Shown: positions 1 to 8,844 of the stretch, one piece after another | Layout: each line of letters begins with the position of its first letter | Position numbering within the stretch: the first letter of the stretch is position 1 | Source: an uncultured Alphaproteobacteria bacterium | GTDB lineage: Bacteria > Pseudomonadota > Alphaproteobacteria > HIMB59 > GCA-002718135 | NCBI GenBank assembly: GCA_902586695.1 | Contig: CACIIL010000003.1 | Location: 1,639-65,638 of the forward strand | Length of the DNA stretch: 64,000 bases | Direction: 5' to 3' | Position numbers and translations under genes: made by a program | The notes under the pieces: model-generated | The model's database searches: none | Told to the model about the DNA's origin: nothing | The model's input: the letters and a program-made list of their open reading frames with translations, nothing else

Positions 1-426
1 AAAAACCAACCTATTGTTACTTATTATTGGACACCTACAAGTTTGATGGGAAAACCTGAAATTGATATGGTTCGTTTAACTGAGCCAGCTTATGATAAAG
101 CTTGTTGGGATGCTATGATGGTTGTTGTAAACAAAATCAAAGCAGATGGCCCAGATGCTTATGAACCTTCTTGTGCTAATGAGTACAAAGATATGGCTTT
201 AACTAAACTTGCTACTGGTAAATTTGCTGCTGATAATGCAGATATTATTAAATTTGCTGATGCTTATACTATTACTACTTCAGTAGTTAATAATATGTTA
301 GCATACTATGTTGATGAATCTGGCGGAGACATGGAAGCAACTGCTATGCATTACTTAGAAAACCATTCTGAATGGGAATCTTGGGTTCCTGCAGATGTAG
401 CTGCTAAAGTAAAAAGCTCATTATAA
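1..426 (+). CDS. proX: Glycine betaine/proline betaine ABC transporter substrate-binding protein, C-terminal part (5' end lies outside the window)
   Basis: Frame 1 is open from base 1 (KNQPIVTYYWTPTSLMGKP...), so the listed ORF 43..426 is only the tail of a longer CDS. The YYWxPT segment and W-rich acidic C-terminus are typical of ProX/OpuAC binding proteins. proW and proV follow directly. Confidence 0.8.
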   Translation, partial: KNQPIVTYYWTPTSLMGKPEIDMVRLTEPAYDKACWDAMMVVVNKIKADGPDAYEPSCANEYKDMALTKLATGKFAADNADIIKFADAYTITTSVVNNMLAYYVDESGGDMEATAMHYLENHSEWESWVPADVAAKVKSSL

Positions 427-440
427 TTAAATATAATTTT

Positions 441-465
441 AGCCAGGATCTAATTGATCCTGGCT
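441..465 (+). terminator. Perfect 10-bp stem / 5-nt loop hairpin between proX and proW (partial terminator or 3' stabiliser)
   Basis: AGCCAGGATC-taatt-GATCCTGGCT read directly from the sequence. It starts 15 nt after the proX stop and is followed by an A/T-rich stretch with only a weak T-tract. Confidence 0.6.
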
Positions 466-481
466 TCTAATAATTTAAATC

Positions 482-1669
482 ATGAACAATATATCAAATC
501 TTTTTATAAAAATTGCTTCGTCTATAATTTTTGTTTTACTTATTGTTTCTACTCATTATTTGTTAATACCTAAAAATATATTTTTTTTATTTTTAAAATT
601 AATTTTTATAATACCAACTATTATGTTTATTGTTAATTTAGTAAACTTAATTCCAAAAAATTTATTTTATCAAATTTCTAAAATTTTAGCTGCCATAGCT
701 ATGGTTGCTTTAATTGTTGTTAGTTATCTCTCATCTAAAAGAAAACCTGATAATGTTTCAGAACTATATACAGATTTTAGTTGGTTGATAAATTGGCCAA
801 AGTGGCTTGATACACCTTTTATGCATTGGATTAATAAAGGTTGGAGAAGTTTTATAGCAGACTATGGAGTAATATTTGATGCTATTGGTTACGGACTTCT
901 AAGAGGATATACTGAATTAAAGAGTGTTATTGTTCAGGCTCCATGGCCTGTGGTTATAATAGGAGTTATAGCTATTACTTATTTTACTAGTGGCAGAAAA
1001 CTTGGTACTACAGTTTTTGTTGGTTTTTGTACTTTCTTTATTGGATTTTTAAATCCTCGTTTTTGGGATAAGGCTATTGAAACCACTACTATGGTTGTTA
1101 TTGGAATAGCTATTTGTATTGTAATTGGAATTCCAATAGGAATAGCAATGGCAAGAAGTGAAAAAGTTAGAAATGCAATTTTGCCAATTCTTGATACAAT
1201 GCAGGTAATTCCAGCATTTTGTTATTTAATACCTGGAATTATTTTATTTGGTTTAGGAGCTATTCCTGCAATTATATCTATATTTATTTACGCTTGCCCA
1301 CCATTAATTAGATTAACTGATCTAGGAATTAGATTAGTTGATAAGGAAGTAATAGAAGCTGCTAGGTCATTTGGAGCAAGTAAAAAACAAATGTTATTAG
1401 GTGTTCAATTACCTTTGGCTTTACCAAATATTATGCAAGGAATTAATCAATGCACAATGATGGCTTTAGCAATGGTAGTTATAGCTTCAATGATAGGAAC
1501 TCGTGGTTTAGGTGATGAAGTCTTATTAGGATTGCAACAATTAAATGTTGGAGCAGCACTTGAAGCTGGTTTAGCTATTGTTTTATTAGCAATTGTGTTG
1601 GATAGAATGACTCAAGCTTATGGTGAAAAAATACAAGAACGTACTCAACCAACTAAAAAGAAAAAATAA
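482..1669 (+). CDS. proW: Glycine betaine/proline ABC transporter permease
   Basis: 395 aa multi-TM protein. The C-terminal half carries an ABC permease EAA-type loop (IEAARSFGASKKQMLLGVQLPLALPNIMQG). It has the long hydrophobic N-terminal extension seen in ProW/OpuAB and sits between proX and proV. Confidence 0.85.
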   Translation: MNNISNLFIKIASSIIFVLLIVSTHYLLIPKNIFFLFLKLIFIIPTIMFIVNLVNLIPKNLFYQISKILAAIAMVALIVVSYLSSKRKPDNVSELYTDFSWLINWPKWLDTPFMHWINKGWRSFIADYGVIFDAIGYGLLRGYTELKSVIVQAPWPVVIIGVIAITYFTSGRKLGTTVFVGFCTFFIGFLNPRFWDKAIETTTMVVIGIAICIVIGIPIGIAMARSEKVRNAILPILDTMQVIPAFCYLIPGIILFGLGAIPAIISIFIYACPPLIRLTDLGIRLVDKEVIEAARSFGASKKQMLLGVQLPLALPNIMQGINQCTMMALAMVVIASMIGTRGLGDEVLLGLQQLNVGAALEAGLAIVLLAIVLDRMTQAYGEKIQERTQPTKKKK

Positions 1670-1672
1670 TCT

Positions 1673-2719
1673 ATGCCAAAAATTGAAATCAAAAATGTAT
1701 ATAAAATTTTTGGAAATACTCCCACTGAAGTATTACCTATGGTTAAAAGTGGAGCCAACAAGGAAGAAGTTTTAGAAAAAACAGGACATACAGTTGGATT
1801 AGATAACGTGTCACTTTCAATAGAGGAGGGCGAAACATTTGTATGTATGGGGCTTTCTGGATCAGGCAAGTCAACTTTAATTAGACATTTAAATAGATTA
1901 ATCGATCCAACAGATGGTGATATTATTGTTGATGGAACTAATATTATGGAATTAGATGAACAACAATTAATTGATTTCCGTAAACATGAATTGAGCATGG
2001 TTTTTCAAAGGTTTGGTTTATTTCCTCATAAAACAGTTATTGAAAATATTGGCTATGGATTAGAAATTCAAGGTAAGGAAGCTGAAGAAAGAAGAAAACT
2101 TGCTATGATACAAATTGAGTCTGTAGGTTTACAAGGTTTTGAAGATCAATACCCAAGTCAACTTTCTGGAGGGATGCAACAAAGAGTTGGTTTAGCAAGA
2201 GCTTTAGCTACTAATCCTGAAATACTTCTCATGGATGAAGCTTTTAGTGCTTTAGATCCTTTAATTAGAAGTGACATGCAAAATCAACTTATTGAACTAC
2301 AAGCAAAATTAAAAAAAACAATTGTTTTTATCACTCATGACTTAGATGAATCTTTAAGATTGGGCGACCATATTGGTATTTTAAATGGCGGCAGACTAGT
2401 TCAGGCCGGTACGCCTGAAGAGATTATAATGAGTCCTGCAGATGATTATGTGGAAGCATTTGTTAAAGATGTAAATAGAGCAAAAGTACTTCGAGCTAAA
2501 ACAGTTATGATTAAAGCAAATGAATTTAATTCCAATGAGATAAAGCTGGCAGATGTTTTGAAAGTTGATGAAGGTTCATATATTGAACAATTTTTACCTA
2601 AGGTTCTGGCAGATAGATGTACTGTTATGGTTGTAGACAAAAAAGGCGATACTAAAGGGTATATTACTGAAAAAGAATTAGCTATTTCTCTAAGCAAAGA
2701 CGGTTACAATTTAAAATAA
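1673..2719 (+). CDS. proV: Glycine betaine/proline ABC transporter ATP-binding protein with C-terminal CBS-like tail
   Basis: Walker A GLSGSGKST, ABC signature LSGGMQQRVGLARAL and Walker B LLMDEAFSALD. A roughly 90-aa C-terminal regulatory tail resembles that of ProV/OpuAA. Confidence 0.9.
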   Translation: MPKIEIKNVYKIFGNTPTEVLPMVKSGANKEEVLEKTGHTVGLDNVSLSIEEGETFVCMGLSGSGKSTLIRHLNRLIDPTDGDIIVDGTNIMELDEQQLIDFRKHELSMVFQRFGLFPHKTVIENIGYGLEIQGKEAEERRKLAMIQIESVGLQGFEDQYPSQLSGGMQQRVGLARALATNPEILLMDEAFSALDPLIRSDMQNQLIELQAKLKKTIVFITHDLDESLRLGDHIGILNGGRLVQAGTPEEIIMSPADDYVEAFVKDVNRAKVLRAKTVMIKANEFNSNEIKLADVLKVDEGSYIEQFLPKVLADRCTVMVVDKKGDTKGYITEKELAISLSKDGYNLK

Positions 2720-2735
2720 ATTTTTTTTAAGATTT

Positions 2736-3512
2736 ATGATTTTAAAAAATAAAAAATTCATAATATCTGCTGCTGCTGATGGTATTGGATTTTCCATTTC
2801 AAAATTAATAGTTGAAAATGGTGGTAAGGTTTACTTAACTGATATTGATAAAAAAAATATTAATAAAATTAAAAGTAATAAAAAATTTAAAAATAAAATT
2901 TTTGCACAATTCCTTGATGTAAATAATTATGAAGATGTAAAAAAGTATTTTTTATCCCTTAAAAAACTAAAAAAGATTGATGGTCTAATTAATAATATAG
3001 GCATTGCTGGACCAACAAAATATCTAGAAAATATTTCAAATATAGAATGGGAAAATACTTTAAAAACTAACTTAAATAGTCATTTTTATTTTTCAAAGTT
3101 CTCAATTCCTTTTTTAAAAAAAAATAAATCTGGCTCAATTGTTAACATTTCTTCAACAGCTGGTTTATATGGTTTTCCTCAAAGAACACCTTATGCGGCA
3201 AGTAAATGGGCTATAATTGGCTTAACTAAAAGTTTAGCTATGGAGCTTGGCAAATATAATATTAGAGTAAATGCAATTTGTCCTGGCTCTGTTAAAGGTG
3301 ATAGAATGAAAAGAGTTATAAACTCTAAAGCAAAATTATTAAAGACTACCGCAAATAAAATACAAAAAGAATTTGAGTTGATGACCTCTATTCGCTCATT
3401 TGTAACAAAAGAAGATATAGCATCTATGGTGGTATATTTATTGAGTGATCATTCAAGAAATATTTCTGGACAAAGTATTTCAATTGATGGCCATACTGAA
3501 AGAATGATTTAG
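2736..3512 (+). CDS. Short-chain dehydrogenase/reductase (SDR), substrate unknown
   Basis: N-terminal dinucleotide-binding segment (ISAAADGIGFS), NISS and the YAASK (Y-x3-K) catalytic motif. Its stop overlaps the betA GTG start by 1 nt (TAGTG). Confidence 0.8.
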   Translation: MILKNKKFIISAAADGIGFSISKLIVENGGKVYLTDIDKKNINKIKSNKKFKNKIFAQFLDVNNYEDVKKYFLSLKKLKKIDGLINNIGIAGPTKYLENISNIEWENTLKTNLNSHFYFSKFSIPFLKKNKSGSIVNISSTAGLYGFPQRTPYAASKWAIIGLTKSLAMELGKYNIRVNAICPGSVKGDRMKRVINSKAKLLKTTANKIQKEFELMTSIRSFVTKEDIASMVVYLLSDHSRNISGQSISIDGHTERMI

Positions 3513-5140
3513 TGAATCAGCGATTTGACTACATAATTATAGGGGCTGGATCTGCAGGATGTGTTTTAGCCAATAGAATTGCAAAAGATAAAAAAAATAC
3601 TGTTTGCGTTTTAGAATCAGGACCTCAATCTAATTCATGGAAGGTCGATATGCCTAGTGCATTACTCTACACAATGCATGATCCGAAATATAATTGGAAG
3701 TATTACTCTGAACCAGAGCCATATTTAAATAATAGAAGAATTTTTTGCCCTAGAGGAAAAATGATTGGAGGATGCTCTTCTCATAATGGAATGGTATTTA
3801 TAAGAGGCAATCCATTAGATTTTGAAAGATGGGCATCATATGGTCTGTCAAATTGGAGTTATAAAAACGTATTACCTTATTTTAAAAAATTAGAGACTTG
3901 GTCAGGAGGAGAAAATTTGTATAGAGGAGGAAAAGGACCTCTAAAAGTCAACAGATCTAAAATTGATGAGAGATTTCCTTTATTTAAATCACTTATTAAT
4001 GCTGCTGCAGAAGCTGGTTATGAAACCTTTGAAGATGCTAATGGCTTTAAACAAGATGGATTTGGAACATTTGATGTAACAATAGATGGGGGCAAAAGAC
4101 AAAGTGTAGCAAAAGCATACTTAGAAGAAGTGAAAAATTTTAAAAATCTTATAATAAAACATAAAACAGATGTTTCAAAAATAATTTTTAAAGATAAAAA
4201 AGCTATTGGAGTAGAGATTAAAAATAATAATAAAACTGAAATATATCATTGCAATAAAGAAATTATACTTTCTGCCGGATCAATAAATTCACCAAAAATA
4301 CTTCAATTATCAGGAGTAGGGGATCCTAAGCTATTAAAGCAAAACAATATTGAGGTAATTCATGAATTACCTGGGGTTGGGCAAAATTTACAAGATCATC
4401 TTGAGATTTATATTCAGCATAAATCAAAAACAAATGACACTCTTTATAATTTATCTACTAATTATTTTACTCAAGCTATTGAGGGAATGAAATGGTTTTT
4501 ATTAAAGCAAGGAATGTTAACATATTCCCATCTTGAAGTAGGTGGTTTTGTCAAAACATCCAAAAAATATAAACATCCTAATATTCAATTACATTTTTTT
4601 CCATCATTGGTTATTAATCACGGTCTAACAAATCCTTCTTTCGATGGTTTTCAGTTTCATGCTAGTCCTAATCGTCCAAAAAGTAGAGGTTTTGTTAAAA
4701 TTAAATCTAATAATTATTTAGATAATCCAAAAATACAATTTAATTATCTTGAAGATCAAGAAGATTTGCAACAAATGCGTGATAGTGTCAAAATTGCTAA
4801 TAAAATATTTAAACAAGATAGTATGAAAAAATATCTTGGTGATCAATTAAGGCCGGGTTATGAGACTAATGACAAAGAGTTAGACGCTATAATAAGAGAA
4901 ACTGCTGATACCGCTTATCACCCATCATGTACAAATAAAATGGGAGTTGATAAGTTATCTGTCGTTGATCAGGAAACTAAAGTGCATGGTTTAGATAATA
5001 TAAGGGTAATTGACTCATCTATTATGCCAGATATTTTAAGTGGTAATTTAAATGCTGGAACCATAATGATAGCAGAAAAAGCAGCAGACATGATACTAGG
5101 AAAAGAAGAAACAACGATTAATGTGGAGTACTATAAATAG
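3512..5140 (+). CDS. betA: Choline dehydrogenase (GMC flavoprotein oxidoreductase)
   Basis: DYIIIGAGSAGCVLANRI FAD fold. It is colinear with E. coli BetA as I recall it (YNWKYYSEPEPYLNNRR, ELPGVGQNLQDHLE, AYHPSCTNKMG, NLNAGTIMIAEK). GTG start. It lies next to proXWV. Confidence 0.8.
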   Translation: MNQRFDYIIIGAGSAGCVLANRIAKDKKNTVCVLESGPQSNSWKVDMPSALLYTMHDPKYNWKYYSEPEPYLNNRRIFCPRGKMIGGCSSHNGMVFIRGNPLDFERWASYGLSNWSYKNVLPYFKKLETWSGGENLYRGGKGPLKVNRSKIDERFPLFKSLINAAAEAGYETFEDANGFKQDGFGTFDVTIDGGKRQSVAKAYLEEVKNFKNLIIKHKTDVSKIIFKDKKAIGVEIKNNNKTEIYHCNKEIILSAGSINSPKILQLSGVGDPKLLKQNNIEVIHELPGVGQNLQDHLEIYIQHKSKTNDTLYNLSTNYFTQAIEGMKWFLLKQGMLTYSHLEVGGFVKTSKKYKHPNIQLHFFPSLVINHGLTNPSFDGFQFHASPNRPKSRGFVKIKSNNYLDNPKIQFNYLEDQEDLQQMRDSVKIANKIFKQDSMKKYLGDQLRPGYETNDKELDAIIRETADTAYHPSCTNKMGVDKLSVVDQETKVHGLDNIRVIDSSIMPDILSGNLNAGTIMIAEKAADMILGKEETTINVEYYK

Positions 5141-5175
5141 GATTTAAGTATATATATATTTGTTTGTTTAAAGAT

Positions 5176-5346
5176 TTAATTTTTTCTTAATGTCCAACCA
5201 TATCTCTCTGAATAATAAGCATTAGAATTATCAATTAAATCAAGATCAATTTTTGAATCCAAAGATTTTTCTATTACTTTATTTTCAACAGTAATATTAT
5301 TAGGTTTACTAAGTTTATTTTCTTCGATTTTGTTTCTTCTTTTCAT
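5176..5346 (-). CDS. Candidate small ORF (56 aa), hypothetical, divergent from the RamB-like regulator
   Basis: Hand-translated from the minus strand as MKRRNKIEENKLSKPNNITVENKVIEKSLDSKIDLDLIDNSNAYYSERYGWTLRKN*. It is below the ORF-track cutoff. A 56-codon stop-free run is unusual in DNA this A/T-rich, and it fills most of an otherwise anomalous 318-bp spacer. Its ATG sits in the same TGTAAATTATG context as the regulator's ATG. Confidence 0.35.
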   Translation of the reverse strand: MKRRNKIEENKLSKPNNITVENKVIEKSLDSKIDLDLIDNSNAYYSERYGWTLRKN

Positions 5347-5461
5347 AATTTACATATTTTACAAATATCAAAAAAAATCAATAAAATACTAGAAAATTAG
5401 GGTAAATCTTGTAAATAAAGTATTTATATATTATGTAATTTTGTAAATTTTGTAAATTATG
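5344..5461. promoter_or_regulatory. Divergent control region bounded by an imperfect 26-bp inverted repeat that embeds both start codons; contains tandem TTTGTAAAT repeats
   Basis: The right arm, 5436..5461, reads taattttgtaaattttgtaaattATG. The reverse complement of the left arm, 5344..5369, reads gatatttgtaaaatatgtaaattATG; 21 of 26 positions are identical. TTGTAAAT occurs at 5409, 5441 and 5450. Confidence 0.5.
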
Positions 5462-6898
5462 GAAATAAACGAAATATCAAATATCGGTTCAAAAATAAGA
5501 AAAGAGAGAAGGTCTAGAGGTTTTTCTCAGTCAGAATTATCAAAAAAATTAGATATTTCAGCAAGTTATTTGAATTTATTAGAAAGTGGTAGAAGAACTA
5601 TTACTGTCCCACTTTTGATAAAAATAGGCAACGAGTTAGGTCTTTCTTTAAAAGACTTAACTTTAGAGAGTAATAAAAGAATTTTATCAGATGTAATGGA
5701 TGTATTGAGTAATGAAATGTTTGATGATCTTGATATTACAAATCAAGAAACAACTGAATTTATAAGTTCAAATCCTACCATAGCAAAGGCTTTACTTGCA
5801 TTAAATGATGCACATAAATCATTTAAGGATGATATGCAAAATAGACTTGAGTCTATGGATATAAATGCAACAGTAGTAGAGCGCCCAAGTCGTTTACCAG
5901 TAGAAATTGTATCTGATTTTCTTCAAGATAATAAAAATTACTTTGAAGATATTGAATTGGCTTCTGAAATATTAAGGAAAAAAGTTGGATTAGATGATGG
6001 TCATAATATTGGTTCTGGTCTTAAATTAACAAACTATTTAAAATTAAAACACGACGTTATAGTCGAAATTGTTCCTGCTAGTGAAGAATTAAAATCTGTT
6101 CGTAATTTTGACAAAAAAAATAAAAAATTGCAATTATCTGAAATGTTAACTTATACATCTAGAAACTTTCATTTAGCTTACCAAGCTGCTTATTTAGAAG
6201 CTGAAGATGTAATAGATAAAATTATTAATGAAAATAATATTGAATCCACAGAAGTTCTACCTCTTTTGAAAATTTCACTCATAAATTACTTTGCATCAGC
6301 AATGTTAATGCCCTACGATGATTTTTTACAAATTGCAAAAAAAAATAAATATGATATTGAAATACTAATGCATCATTATGCATGCAGCTTTGAACAAGTT
6401 ACTCATAGGCTAACTAATTTACAAAAAACAGGGAACGAAGGTGTTCCTTTTCATTTCTTAAAAACTGATATAGCTGGAAATGTCTCAAAAAGATTTTCTT
6501 TATCAGGTATACACATACCTAGACATGGCGGTTCTTGTCCAAGATGGAATGTATATATAGCTTTTTTAAACCCAGGAAGAATTCATCCACAAATATCTAG
6601 AATGCCAGATGGTAAAGTATATTTTTGTATTGCTAGAGCTTTTGAAAAAGGTATCGAAAAACATGGAATGCCAAAAAGTTTCGTATCTATTGGCTTAGGA
6701 TGCGATATAAAATATGCTAGAGATTTGATATATTCTGAAGGTATGGATATTCAAAATAAAAAATTACAAACTCCAATTGGTGTTTCATGCAGAATTTGTC
6801 CTCGAATTGACTGTCAGCAGAGAGCATTTCCTCCAATTGATAAGGAGTTAAAATTAAATATTAATTATAGAGGTACTTCACCATACGTAACACTCTAA
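5459..6898 (+). CDS. XRE-family transcriptional regulator with ImmA/IrrE-like and DUF2083-like domains (RamB/PrpR/ScfR architecture)
   Basis: N-terminal HTH (RSRGFSQSELSKKLDISASYLNLLESGRR). The 479-aa length and Cys-rich C-terminus (GGSCPRWN ... CRICPRIDCQQRAFPP) match the RamB/PrpR type of acyl-CoA-responsive regulator. Confidence 0.75.
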   Translation: MEINEISNIGSKIRKERRSRGFSQSELSKKLDISASYLNLLESGRRTITVPLLIKIGNELGLSLKDLTLESNKRILSDVMDVLSNEMFDDLDITNQETTEFISSNPTIAKALLALNDAHKSFKDDMQNRLESMDINATVVERPSRLPVEIVSDFLQDNKNYFEDIELASEILRKKVGLDDGHNIGSGLKLTNYLKLKHDVIVEIVPASEELKSVRNFDKKNKKLQLSEMLTYTSRNFHLAYQAAYLEAEDVIDKIINENNIESTEVLPLLKISLINYFASAMLMPYDDFLQIAKKNKYDIEILMHHYACSFEQVTHRLTNLQKTGNEGVPFHFLKTDIAGNVSKRFSLSGIHIPRHGGSCPRWNVYIAFLNPGRIHPQISRMPDGKVYFCIARAFEKGIEKHGMPKSFVSIGLGCDIKYARDLIYSEGMDIQNKKLQTPIGVSCRICPRIDCQQRAFPPIDKELKLNINYRGTSPYVTL

Positions 6899-7902
6899 AT
6901 CTTTACTAGCATTTTACCTATATTTTTTCCATTTAACAAATCAACAAATGCTTTTGGACAATTATTTAATCCCTCATATACAGTTTCTCTAATTTTAATT
7001 TTTTCACTTATTAACCATTCGGTCATATTTTTAGTAAACTCTCCTTTTTCATTTTCATGATCAAATATTAAGAAACCTTTAATTGTTAGTCTTTTTACTA
7101 AAACATGAGCCATATTTTTTAATCCTGATCCAGTAGTTGAAGCATTCATTTGTGATATACGACCACATATAATAATTTTGCCAAAATTTTTCATTCTGTA
7201 TATTGCGGCTTCTAGAAAATCTCCACCTACATTATCAAAATAAATATCAAAACCATCTGGAGCTATTTCTTTTAATTTTAAGACTAAATTATTCGTTTTT
7301 TTATAATTAAAAGCATGATCAACTTTCAATTCATTTTTTAACCATTCAACTTTTTCATCGGAACCTGTGCTAGCAATTACTTTACAATCATTTATTTTTG
7401 CTATTTGGCAAACAAGAGAACCAACGCTTCCTCCAGCAGATGATACTAAAACAGTTTGGCCTTTTTTAATACTAGCCATTTTGTATAAACCAATATAAGC
7501 AGTATGCCCTGTCATACCTAAGGGACCCAAAAATGATTGTAAAGGCAGGTTTTTTGAATTTATTTTTTCTAAATTAATTTCTTTCTCTACAAACTTATCT
7601 CTCCAGCCACAATTACTTAAAACAAAATCACCCGTTTTAAAATTTTTAGAATTGCTTTTTATAACCTGCCCTATAGCAGAACCTTCCATTGGTTCCCCTA
7701 ATTTAAAAGGTGGTTTGTAATTTTTCTTTTCTGTCATTCTCGCTCGCATATATGGATCTACTGACAACCATAAATTATTAACTAAAATTTCATTTTTTTC
7801 ACTAATAGATATTTTTACCTCTTTAATTTCAAAATCTTCTTCTTTTGGAATTCCGATTGGTATATAATTTTTTAGGGTGACAAACTTTGAATTAATTGAC
7901 AT
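6895..7902 (-). CDS. NADP-dependent medium-chain oxidoreductase (alkenal/enone reductase, CurA/YncB/PTGR1-like)
   Basis: 335 aa with an LSVDPYMR N-terminal motif and the nucleotide-binding segment VLVSSAGGSVGSLVCQIAK. It is the last gene of the BKACE-lcdH operon. Confidence 0.75.
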   Translation of the reverse strand: MSINSKFVTLKNYIPIGIPKEEDFEIKEVKISISEKNEILVNNLWLSVDPYMRARMTEKKNYKPPFKLGEPMEGSAIGQVIKSNSKNFKTGDFVLSNCGWRDKFVEKEINLEKINSKNLPLQSFLGPLGMTGHTAYIGLYKMASIKKGQTVLVSSAGGSVGSLVCQIAKINDCKVIASTGSDEKVEWLKNELKVDHAFNYKKTNNLVLKLKEIAPDGFDIYFDNVGGDFLEAAIYRMKNFGKIIICGRISQMNASTTGSGLKNMAHVLVKRLTIKGFLIFDHENEKGEFTKNMTEWLISEKIKIRETVYEGLNNCPKAFVDLLNGKNIGKMLVKI

Positions 7903-7904
7903 TC

Positions 7905-8840
7905 TTATATCTTATATTTTTTTAATAATTTTTGTAAATCTATTAAAAAATTATCTCTTATATTAGATAGATTTTTAATAGATTTATTTTTTGATTGTAT
8001 TTTTGTTCCTTTAATAATTTTGTTTTTTAAACTTTTAGTTAAATTTGGGGCTTTTAATTTTGTCCATGGTAGTTTTAAAGCTGGACCGAACTGCTCTAAC
8101 ATATGTTTCATCCCCATTTCACCTCCAGCAAGATGGAAAGTTAAAAAAGTGCCCATTATTGACCATCTTAATCCAGGCCCATAAATTATAGCATCGTCTA
8201 AATCTTTAGTAGAAGCATATCCTTCATTTATAATATGCAAAGACTCTCTCCACATGGATTCCTGTAATCTATCTGATAGATAGCCTGGTAATTCTTTTTT
8301 TAGAATTATGGTTTTCATTCCAATTTCAACATAAAATTTTTGAGCTTTAAAAATATTTTTTTTATCTGTCTCTTTTCCTCTAACTAATTCAACTAAAGGT
8401 AAAAGATAAACAGGATTAAAAGGATGAGCAATTATTACTCTTTTTGGGTTAATGCACTTTGATTGAATTTTTGTTGGTAATAAACCAGAAGAACTTGATG
8501 CAATAATTGAGTCTTTTTTTGAATGCAAACTTATCTCTCTTATTATTTTTTTTTTTAATTTCTCATTTTCTGGTGCATTCTCTTGAATTAGTTCAGCTTC
8601 AGCAACTGCTTCTTTAATTGATGTACAGAATTTTAACTGTTTTTTTATATTTATTTTATTTTTATAAAATTTTTTTAAAATTGGTTCTACTCTTTTTATT
8701 TCTTCTAATAAAAATTTTTTTTGCTTAATATTTGGATCATAAATATTTATTATTTTTTTATTATATAGAAATCTTATTACCCAACCTGTACCAATAACTC
8801 CTGTTCCTATAACTGCAACTTTATTAATTGAATTAGGCAC
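7905..8840 (-). CDS. lcdH: L-carnitine dehydrogenase (3-hydroxyacyl-CoA dehydrogenase fold)
   Basis: Near-colinear with Pseudomonas LcdH as I recall it: VIGTGVIGTGW, HPFNPVYLLPLVE, PGLRWSIMGTFLTFHLAGGEMGMKHMLEQFGPALKLPWT. It is adjacent to a BKACE gene. Confidence 0.85.
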   Translation of the reverse strand: MPNSINKVAVIGTGVIGTGWVIRFLYNKKIINIYDPNIKQKKFLLEEIKRVEPILKKFYKNKINIKKQLKFCTSIKEAVAEAELIQENAPENEKLKKKIIREISLHSKKDSIIASSSSGLLPTKIQSKCINPKRVIIAHPFNPVYLLPLVELVRGKETDKKNIFKAQKFYVEIGMKTIILKKELPGYLSDRLQESMWRESLHIINEGYASTKDLDDAIIYGPGLRWSIMGTFLTFHLAGGEMGMKHMLEQFGPALKLPWTKLKAPNLTKSLKNKIIKGTKIQSKNKSIKNLSNIRDNFLIDLQKLLKKYKI

Positions 8841-8844
8841 TTAT

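Noticed and set aside
5141-5458. A riboswitch or other structured ncRNA in the longest spacer.
   Set aside because: I could not find conserved riboswitch cores (glycine, SAM, TPP or similar) or extended G+C-supported helices by eye. A small ORF plus operator repeats explain the spacer better.
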